A stretch of 64,000 nt of DNA from contig JAVVEZ010000001.1 of NCBI GenBank assembly GCA_032250895.1, forward strand, positions 31,831 to 95,830, read 5' to 3'. Origin of the DNA: Pseudomonadales bacterium (GTDB lineage: Bacteria; Pseudomonadota; Gammaproteobacteria; Pseudomonadales; Pseudohongiellaceae). Positions 43,852 through 51,165 of the stretch are shown piece by piece. The notes beneath the pieces are model-generated. The model was not told the origin of the DNA. It made no database searches and saw nothing but the letters and a program-made list of their open reading frames with translations. The position numbers were made by a program, and so were the translations under genes. Positions within the stretch are counted from its first letter, which is position 1. Each line of letters starts with the position of its first letter.

Positions 43852-44745
43852 ATGACAATGAAAAAGAATGGAAAAGCAAAATTCTGTTTTGTTGCCTTGC
43901 TGCTGCTTGCATTCAACAGCCAGGCACAAAGCGGTTTTTCGGAACACAGGCTTGAATCAGCAGGTCAGACCCGCACTTACCGGGTGTATCTGCCGGAAAG
44001 TCATCAGCGTGAGGCTGTGCCATTGGTCTTCAGTTTTCACGGATCAGGTGGTGTACCACAGAATCAAGTCGATACCAGTCATTTCGATATACTTGCGGAA
44101 CGACACGGTTTTGTTGCGGTTTTTCCTGCCGGGGCTTTTACCAATACGGTTACAGCCCGCAGCTGGAACGCAAATAGGGAAGCCGGTGTGGACGACGTGC
44201 AACTGGTACGGGACATCATCGAGGATGTCGCCGGCTATGTGAATATAGACCGCTCCAGAATCTATGTTTCAGGCATGTCTGGCGGTGGCCGCATCAGTAG
44301 CCGCCTGGCCTGTGAACTTTCCGATATCCTGGCGGCGGCAGCGCCGGTGGCCGGATTGCAATATCCTGACGGTTGTCTGCTCAAGCGCCCTGTGCCCATT
44401 ATCACCTTTCATGGTATGGCCGACGCCGTCAACCAGTACCTTGTCAGCGAAAAATCCAGACCCTATTGGCGCATGGGTGTGGAAACGGCATTGGACAAAT
44501 GGCGGCAGGCCAATGGCTGTTCTCTGATCAACACCGCTGACCGCCTGTCACAGCATGTCATGTTCTACAGCTGGACTGATTGTGACGACGGGGCAGACAT
44601 TCACTTTTATCAAATTGATAATGGTGGCCACACCTGGCCTGGCTCTGATATTGATGACACGGTGCCAGCGTTGGGTGTTGGCAACCAGGATATCGATGCC
44701 AGTGAATTGATCTGGGCATTTTTCAGCAAACACAGATTGCGCTGA
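43852..44745 (+). CDS. Secreted esterase of the PHB-depolymerase / LpqC (CE1-like) family
   Basis: Signal peptide MTMKKNGKAKFCFVALLLLAFNSQA|QSG, then PLVFSFHGSGG, and the nucleophile elbow YVSGMSGGG. Confidence 0.75.
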   Translation: MTMKKNGKAKFCFVALLLLAFNSQAQSGFSEHRLESAGQTRTYRVYLPESHQREAVPLVFSFHGSGGVPQNQVDTSHFDILAERHGFVAVFPAGAFTNTVTARSWNANREAGVDDVQLVRDIIEDVAGYVNIDRSRIYVSGMSGGGRISSRLACELSDILAAAAPVAGLQYPDGCLLKRPVPIITFHGMADAVNQYLVSEKSRPYWRMGVETALDKWRQANGCSLINTADRLSQHVMFYSWTDCDDGADIHFYQIDNGGHTWPGSDIDDTVPALGVGNQDIDASELIWAFFSKHRLR

Positions 44746-44807
44746 AGCGGTATAATGCCGACCTTCATCATGCCACTGGCGGCTTCGTCAGGGCCCTCTG
44801 TCTGGAA

Positions 44808-46028
44808 TTGAGTTTGAAATCGGATATTGTCAAGTTGGCTCTGGTCCTGGGATCATTGAGCTGGATCGGTCCTTTTGCCATCGATATGTACCTGCCTGCC
44901 ATGCCGGTCATTGCACAGGACCTGGGGGCATCCGTGGCGGCTTCCCAGGCGACCTTGATGGCCTTCTTCATGTCCTTCGGTCTGAGTCAGTTGATCTATG
45001 GCCCGGCCTCCGATGTTTTCGGTCGCAAACCGCCGTTGTATTTCGGTCTGGTGGTGTTTGGTCTGGCTTCGCTGGGCTGTGCGCTGTCTCCAGGCATCGA
45101 GTGGTTGATTGCCATGCGGTTTTTCCAGGGGCTCGGGGCCGCAGCGGTGATGTCGATTCCGCGGGCGGTCATTCGCGATTGCTATACCGGCAACGACGCC
45201 ACGCGTCTGATGTCCACCATCATGCTGCTGATCGCCATCTCACCCATGTTCGCGCCCTTGCTGGGTAGCGCCGTGATCGTGCCCTTCGGTTGGCGCGCCG
45301 TGTTCGTTGCCGTTGCGCTGGCAACGGTCATGGGTTTTTTGATGACGCGCTTCGGCCTGAAGGAAACCCTGAGCAAGGAGAAACGTAGACCGTTCAAAAC
45401 TGAACAACTGCTGCGGGCTTTTGCTGTATTGTTTCGGGACAAGCACTACATGGGCCTGACCCTGATCGGCGGCATGGGCATGGCCAGCTTCTTTGCCTTT
45501 CTGGCGACCAGTTCATTTCTGTACATGGATTATTATGGGCTCAGCTCCTTCCAGTACAGTCTTGCCTTTGCGCTGAATGCCTTTGGATTCTTCATGGCGA
45601 GCCAACTGGCCGCCAATCTGGAAGCACGCTTCGGCGCCATCAAGGTCATCAAGTCTGCCGTGGCCGGATACTTCTGCAGTGCCTGTTTGATGTTTGCCGT
45701 GGTGATGCTGGGTGCCGGGACGTTCCCCGTGCTGGTCGTGCTCCTGCTGACGACCTACGCTTTTCTCGGATTGGTGCTGCCGACCTCCATGGTGCTGGCC
45801 TTGGAAGACCATGGCCCGATTGCCGGCACCGCCTCGGCACTGGGAGGAACCCTGCAGATGATGGTCGGTGCCGCCGCCATTGCCATCGTCAGCGCCGTAT
45901 TTGATAACACACCCGTACCCTTGGTGATTGCGGTTGTCATCTGCGCGGCAATGGCCTTTACGCTGTCCCTGAGTACGCTGAAAAGCCTGCCTTGTCAAAA
46001 TAACAACCACGATGGAGGAGCCTGCTGA
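44808..46028 (+). CDS. Bcr/CflA-family MFS drug/H+ antiporter
   Basis: 406 aa, 12 TM helices. Has GPFAIDMYLPAMPVIAQDLGAS and GPASDVFGRKPPL, both typical of Bcr/CflA. Confidence 0.85.
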   Translation: MSLKSDIVKLALVLGSLSWIGPFAIDMYLPAMPVIAQDLGASVAASQATLMAFFMSFGLSQLIYGPASDVFGRKPPLYFGLVVFGLASLGCALSPGIEWLIAMRFFQGLGAAAVMSIPRAVIRDCYTGNDATRLMSTIMLLIAISPMFAPLLGSAVIVPFGWRAVFVAVALATVMGFLMTRFGLKETLSKEKRRPFKTEQLLRAFAVLFRDKHYMGLTLIGGMGMASFFAFLATSSFLYMDYYGLSSFQYSLAFALNAFGFFMASQLAANLEARFGAIKVIKSAVAGYFCSACLMFAVVMLGAGTFPVLVVLLLTTYAFLGLVLPTSMVLALEDHGPIAGTASALGGTLQMMVGAAAIAIVSAVFDNTPVPLVIAVVICAAMAFTLSLSTLKSLPCQNNNHDGGAC

Positions 46029-46457
46029 TCAGCCGGTTTTCAGAGTCATGCGGCCTTTGCGCTCCTGAAATTTCCAGCCTTCCGCGGTTTTCACATACCT
46101 GTCGCTGAATTCGCCTATCTGCAAGGGGCCGGCGAGCAGAGGCAGGGGCGCATCCGACTGCGGAGCCGCCAGGAAGCTGAGCAGACTGAAGCCGGTGGCT
46201 TCGGTGGCCGAAACGACCTCGATCACACAGTTGCTGGCGAGATGACGGATGAGCAGTGGTGGACGCTTGAGAAATGCCTGGTAGATGGTCTCGCGGCCCT
46301 TGATCTCGACCTCGGGTACCGAGGGGCGATACAGGCTGCCATCTTCGGCAAAGAGTGCACACAGGGCTTTGAAATCGTGCTGGTCGCCGTAGTTGGCAAA
46401 CAGACGGCAGAGTTTTTCGCAGTGCCATTCGATGGCGAGGGTTTCGGTTTCGGTCAT
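46029..46457 (-). CDS. SnoaL-like / NTF2-fold protein
   Basis: 142 aa. Sequence LAIEWHCEKLCRLFANYGDQHDFKALCALFAEDGSLY... is typical of the SnoaL_4/NTF2-like family. Its stop codon abuts the Bcr stop (TGA|TCA). Confidence 0.6.
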   Translation of the reverse strand: MTETETLAIEWHCEKLCRLFANYGDQHDFKALCALFAEDGSLYRPSVPEVEIKGRETIYQAFLKRPPLLIRHLASNCVIEVVSATEATGFSLLSFLAAPQSDAPLPLLAGPLQIGEFSDRYVKTAEGWKFQERKGRMTLKTG

Positions 46458-46474
46458 ACGGGTTTTCTCCTCTG

Positions 46475-46499
46475 GGAGTCTGTCGAACTCAGGATGATT
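46475..46499 (+). repeat. Solo copy of the terminal repeat of the 22171-22339 element (GGAGTCTGTCGAACTCAGGATGATT versus GGAGCCTGTCGGACTCAGGATAGTT)
   Basis: 21 of 25 positions are identical by hand alignment (19 of the first 21). Lies in the divergent SnoaL/serine-hydrolase intergenic region. Confidence 0.5.
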
Positions 46500-46614
46500 A
46501 TCTCAGTTGGTGCTGGAATGATGAGTGCAGGCGCAGGTTGAGTCTGCCATCCCAAACAGCATAAGATAGCGCATCGTGTGTCAATATCAATCAGCAGCAG
46601 CGCCGAGGGGAAGT

Positions 46615-47772
46615 ATGTCAGCAGCAGCCAGGGGTCTGAACCAGGAGCGTCTCGACCATTTGTGTGAGGTCATTCGTGATGATATTGCCAGAGACCGCTA
46701 CTTTGGTGCGGTGGTGCTGGTGGCGCGGCAGGGCCGGGTTGCGCTGCATGAGGCCTTCGGCCACAGTGGCGGGGATGAACAGAAGCCCTTGCAGCGGGAC
46801 TCGGTGTTTTCGCTGTTCTCGCTGACCAAGTGCTTTACCAATGTACTGGCTTTGCGGGCCATCGAACTGGGGCAGTTCGCATTGACCACCCGCATCAGCG
46901 AGATCATCCCGGAATTCAGTGGCGGCCAGCGTGAGGCAATCAACGTCTTCCATCTGCTGACTCACCAGAGTGGCTTGCCGGCGGTATGGATTCCCAAGCC
47001 GGGCATGTATATCGACCGCCTCGACGACATCATCGAGGCCATCTGCCAGAACATCCGCTCGGCAGAAAAGCCGGGTGAGAAAGTGCATTATTCTCCACTG
47101 GTCAATCATGCCCTGCTGGGAGAGGCGGTGCGCCGCTGCGATCCCAAGGGACGCTCCTATCGTCAGTTGTTGCAGGATGAGGTGCTGACACCGCTGGGCA
47201 TGAACGATACGGCCATCGGCCGGCGCCAGGATCTGGCCGCACGCCATGTGTTCCCGGATTTCCGCGGCAAGCCGCCGCAGGAGCATCTGGGCCACAGCAA
47301 TCATGGCCCGCAGGGTGCCTTCATGGAAGAGCAGGCTGAAATGCCCTGGGTGGGTGGCATTTCGACGGTGCCCGATCTGTTCCGGCTGGCGGAAATGTTT
47401 CGCCGTGATGGTGAGCTCGACGGTCAGCGCATCCTGTCTCCGGCCATGCTCGACAAGGCCACCCTCAACTGGACCGGCGACAAGCCCAATGAACTCTACA
47501 AGGCGGTGGCCATCAACCACGGCTGGCAACCGTATCCGGCCTACATCGGGCTGGGTTTCTGCCTGCGCGGGGAGCAGATGTGCCCCGGCCTGTTCGGCAC
47601 GCTGACCTCGCCGCGCACCTTCGGCAACTATGGCTCCGGCAGCACACTGTTCTGGGTGGATCCGGTGAGCGAGCTGAGCTTCGTCTATCTGTCCAGTGGT
47701 GTGATGCAGCAGGCGCCCAATATCGAACGCTTTCAGCGTCTGTCGGACATTGTGGCGTCGGCGGCGGTGTAA
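46615..47772 (+). CDS. Beta-lactamase-fold serine hydrolase, copy 2
   Basis: ATG 46615 is preceded by GAGGGG (ORF 46576-47772). SxxK motif FSLTKCFT. Confidence 0.8.
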   Translation: MSAAARGLNQERLDHLCEVIRDDIARDRYFGAVVLVARQGRVALHEAFGHSGGDEQKPLQRDSVFSLFSLTKCFTNVLALRAIELGQFALTTRISEIIPEFSGGQREAINVFHLLTHQSGLPAVWIPKPGMYIDRLDDIIEAICQNIRSAEKPGEKVHYSPLVNHALLGEAVRRCDPKGRSYRQLLQDEVLTPLGMNDTAIGRRQDLAARHVFPDFRGKPPQEHLGHSNHGPQGAFMEEQAEMPWVGGISTVPDLFRLAEMFRRDGELDGQRILSPAMLDKATLNWTGDKPNELYKAVAINHGWQPYPAYIGLGFCLRGEQMCPGLFGTLTSPRTFGNYGSGSTLFWVDPVSELSFVYLSSGVMQQAPNIERFQRLSDIVASAAV

Positions 47773-47777
47773 GGCGC

Positions 47778-49409
47778 ATGGACTTTGACATCATCATCAT
47801 TGGTTCCGGTACGGCCGGCACCGTGCTGGCCAATCGCCTGTCGGCGGATCCGCAGACCTCGGTCTGTCTGATCGAGGCGGGTCCGAAGGACAATACAGCA
47901 CTGGTGCGGATTCCATCCTTTGTCGGCACCCTGATGTTTCACAAGCGTTATGGCTGGGGCTACAAGACCACGCCCCAGCAGGCCCTGGGCGGACGCCAGC
48001 TGCCATTGCCGCGTGGCCGCATCCTCGGCGGCTGTTCTTCCACCAATGGCATGGTGTATTCCCGCGGCCATCCGCTGGATTACGACGAGTGGGCGGCCAT
48101 GGGCAATCCAGGCTGGAGCTTCCGCGAACTGCTGCCGTATTTCATCCGCTCCGAAAACAACGTGGACTACCCCGATTCGCCCTGGCACGGCAGCGCCGGC
48201 GAGATGCCCATCGCGCATGTGCGGCAATACAATCCGATGATCAAACCCTTTCTGCAGGCTACTGAAAGCCTGGGTTATCCACGTTGTGAGGATTTCAACG
48301 GCTGCCTGGACCCGGCCGGTTTCGATGTGCGCCAGAATGCGCTGTACAAGGGGCGGCGGGTGTCGGGCGTGACGGCCTTCCTGAACCCGGTCCTGCAGCG
48401 GCCCAATCTGAGCATTCTGACCGGGTGCCTCGTCAACAGGGTGGATATCGAGCATGGCAGGGCGGTGGCCGTCGACGCGCTGCTCGAGGGGCAACATGTC
48501 AAGATCAGGGCGAGGCGGGAAATCATCGTCAGCGCCGGCACCTACGGTTCCCCCGCCATCCTGTTGCATTCGGGCATTGGTGACGCCGAGGCTCTGAACC
48601 CGCTCGGCATCAATGTACACCGGCATCTGCCCGCCGTAGGCCAGAACCTCCATGACCATCCTTCAGCGGTGGTGCAGATGCAAACCTCCAACAGTGAGTC
48701 CTATGGCATCAGCTGGAAGGCACTGCCGCGCAATGCGCTGAGCGTGTTCCAGTATCTGCTGTTGCGCCGCGGTCAGCTGGCCGGCAATCTGTTTGAAGTG
48801 ACCGGCTTTGTGCGCAGCAAAGAAGGTCTGGACCGGCCCGATGTGCAGTTCGTGTTCATGCCGGCCACACGTCCGACGCCAAAATTTCCCTTTCCCATTG
48901 GCCACGGCTTTGGCGTGAACTCGATACTGCTGCGGCCCGAGAGTCGCGGCAGTGTGAGCCTGGCCAGCCGTGATCCGCATGAGGCGCCGCTGATCAATAC
49001 CAATTTCCTCGCCGAGGAAGAAGACGTGAACACGCTGCTGCGCGGCCTGCGTATCGCACGCCGCATTCTGGGCAGCCCGGCCATGGCAAAATACGCCGCC
49101 ACGGAAATACTGCCGGGTGCGGCGACTGACAGTGATGATGAGCTGCGGGCCTATATCCGCAGCATGTGCACGTCCGTCCATCACCCCGGGGGCACCTGCC
49201 GCATGGGCAATGATCAAAACTCCGTGGTGGATGGCGAGTTGAAAGTGCGCGGCATCGATGGCCTGCGGGTGGTGGATGCCTCCATCTTTCCCCGGGTGAT
49301 CAGTGGCAATACCAATGCCCCGGTGGTGATGGTGGCCGAGAAGGCGGCAGACATCATCCTGGGACGCCCGGCACCGGCGCCAATGGATCTCCCGCCTGCA
49401 CGGCGATGA
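47778..49409 (+). CDS. GMC-family FAD oxidoreductase, copy 2
   Basis: ATG 47778 (MDFDIIIIGSGTAGTVLANRLS), 5 nt after the hydrolase stop. Alignable by eye with copy 1 along its full length (LPLPRGRILGG, LLPYFIRSENN, SPAILLHSGIGD, VHHPGGTCRMG). The 5' part of track ORF 47580-49409 is a spurious extension. Confidence 0.92.
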   Translation: MDFDIIIIGSGTAGTVLANRLSADPQTSVCLIEAGPKDNTALVRIPSFVGTLMFHKRYGWGYKTTPQQALGGRQLPLPRGRILGGCSSTNGMVYSRGHPLDYDEWAAMGNPGWSFRELLPYFIRSENNVDYPDSPWHGSAGEMPIAHVRQYNPMIKPFLQATESLGYPRCEDFNGCLDPAGFDVRQNALYKGRRVSGVTAFLNPVLQRPNLSILTGCLVNRVDIEHGRAVAVDALLEGQHVKIRARREIIVSAGTYGSPAILLHSGIGDAEALNPLGINVHRHLPAVGQNLHDHPSAVVQMQTSNSESYGISWKALPRNALSVFQYLLLRRGQLAGNLFEVTGFVRSKEGLDRPDVQFVFMPATRPTPKFPFPIGHGFGVNSILLRPESRGSVSLASRDPHEAPLINTNFLAEEEDVNTLLRGLRIARRILGSPAMAKYAATEILPGAATDSDDELRAYIRSMCTSVHHPGGTCRMGNDQNSVVDGELKVRGIDGLRVVDASIFPRVISGNTNAPVVMVAEKAADIILGRPAPAPMDLPPARR

Positions 49410-49472
49410 CGGCCGTTTTATGCGGGGATGATTGTGAGGGCGGCCTCTTTAATTTTGACAGGAGATATTGGC

Positions 49473-50228
49473 ATGCAACCTGATCTGACAGATCACTACA
49501 TTCTTGTCACCGGCGCGGGCCGGGGGCTGGGCCGCCATGTTGCCGAGCATCTGGCTGGCTGTGGCGCCGTCATCGCGGCGGTGGACATAGACCGTCCGGC
49601 TTGTGAAGAAACCGTTGCACGCATCGAGGCCACCGGCCGGCAGGCGCAAGCCTATGGTGGTGATGTGGCCGACCCTGCCGTGTTCATGGCCATCGCCGAT
49701 GGTTTCGCGCAGCAGGCTGGCCGTATCGATGTCATCGTCAACAACGCCATGGTGCTGAAATATGGACCGGTGCAGAATGTGGAAAACACGCTGCTCAGCA
49801 CCATGCTCGATGTGGGCATCAAGCCGGTATTCTGGGCAGCGCAGGCCTTGCTGAAACACAAGGACGCAAGCCGTGGCGCGGTCATGATCAACATGGCGTC
49901 GCCGGTGGTGAACCGTGGCTATCCCAATACCTCGGCTTACACTGCCACCAAGTGCGCGATTGCAGGGCTTACCCGCGTGCTGGCCGCAGAACTCGGTCCG
50001 CAGGGCATTCGTGTCAATGCGGTATCGCCCGCATCGGTACCGACACCGGGTGCCCTCGGCATCGTTCCCAGGGAAGAATACGAGCGCCGCATCGCCACCA
50101 TTCCGCTGCGCCGGCTGGGCACCGAGGCAGACAACTCCAATGCCATCGCCATGCTGCTGAGCCCGGAAATGTACTTCGTCAATGGCGAAATCTTCAACAT
50201 CGATGGTGGTGTTGCCGCTTCCATGTAG
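49473..50228 (+). CDS. SDR-family oxidoreductase
   Basis: ATG 49473 is preceded by AGGAGA. Has VTGAGRGLG (TGxxxGxG), NNAM and SAYTATK (YxxxK). Confidence 0.88.
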   Translation: MQPDLTDHYILVTGAGRGLGRHVAEHLAGCGAVIAAVDIDRPACEETVARIEATGRQAQAYGGDVADPAVFMAIADGFAQQAGRIDVIVNNAMVLKYGPVQNVENTLLSTMLDVGIKPVFWAAQALLKHKDASRGAVMINMASPVVNRGYPNTSAYTATKCAIAGLTRVLAAELGPQGIRVNAVSPASVPTPGALGIVPREEYERRIATIPLRRLGTEADNSNAIAMLLSPEMYFVNGEIFNIDGGVAASM

Positions 50229-50229
50229 A

Positions 50230-50310
50230 GCGGGTGCCAGCCTGGAACTGGCGCCCTTCAACATCAGGGTCAACGCCATTCACCCGGGCTATGTGCGCAC
50301 CGCAATCTGA
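50230..50310 (+). pseudogene. 3'-terminal relic of a second SDR gene (...ASLELAPFNIRVNAIHPGYVRTAI*)
   Basis: Hand translation of 50230-50310. This is the conserved post-catalytic SDR segment (IRVNAIxPGxxxT). It lacks everything upstream and starts right after the stop of the intact SDR. Confidence 0.65.
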
Positions 50311-50414
50311 ACCAGCCCCAATGGCATGGATTCCTCCGTGCTGTCATCTTTCCTGAACACCAATCCCTGAAAACAAGAACTGATCAACCTTTTCCTGATT
50401 GATTTTGTGGGAGC

Positions 50415-50867
50415 ATGGGCATAGTTCACAGCATCCCGGGAATACCAATGAACCTGAAGAATTTCAAGATTGCCGCCGACCGTACGGCGTTTGAACGAGA
50501 GGGTGAATATTATGATTTGCACAACTGCTATGACTTCGTTGGTTTTCATTATGAAGCCCTGAAAAAACAGTTGAGCTTTGACTGGAAAATCAAGGTTTCC
50601 GAAACAAAATCCACCCATGGCGCAGATGTCATATGCCTGGTGGTAAATGAAGCCTACTTTTTTGAACTTGTCGAACAGGGCAGGGATATGAAAAACACTG
50701 AACATGACCGTCTCAGCAGTGTCGGCTTTCTGTGGCATGGTTTGTTTGAAGAAATGGGCGTCTGTTTTTCGCACCAGCCTGATGAGGCATCAACCCATCT
50801 GATGCTGGAATTTGAAAGTGGTCTGGCGATCAAGGTCAAGGGAGAGTCAGTGACGCTCATTGTGTAA
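50415..50867 (+). CDS. Hypothetical protein (ORFan-like) in an AT-richer stretch. The start may be ATG 50448.
   Basis: A 150-aa ORF with protein-like composition. No signal peptide and no motif I recognise. The overlapping minus-strand ORF 50289-50774 looks less protein-like. Confidence 0.35.
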   Translation: MGIVHSIPGIPMNLKNFKIAADRTAFEREGEYYDLHNCYDFVGFHYEALKKQLSFDWKIKVSETKSTHGADVICLVVNEAYFFELVEQGRDMKNTEHDRLSSVGFLWHGLFEEMGVCFSHQPDEASTHLMLEFESGLAIKVKGESVTLIV

Positions 50868-51165
50868 GCCGTGCCATACCATCGGTTCATATGTTGCGAA
50901 TGACATCCATGTCTACGCCAATAAGAATCGAAATGATATCAATATAATATCAAAAACCCGTGGCTGGTAAGCTGGAATGATTGATCAGTTGAGATGTGTA
51001 TCACAAGCTGAAAAAAATTCAATAGCTTGATGGCGTATATTTCACTTAAATAGACCACCGGCAGCCTTTACGACGACAAACGTTGTTTTCCTTAGCCATA
51101 TTGGCGTAATTATGGAACCGATAAGATGTAATAGCCAGGTAAAAAAGAAAAAAAACGATCAGGGA

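Noticed and set aside
32609-50310. Classical genomic island or integrative element
   Set aside because: No integrase, transposase, tRNA/tmRNA attachment site, conjugation gene or flanking direct repeat could be found. Apart from the 50.3-51.2 kb stretch, the composition looks like the rest of the window. I therefore describe it only as an accessory-looking metabolic block.
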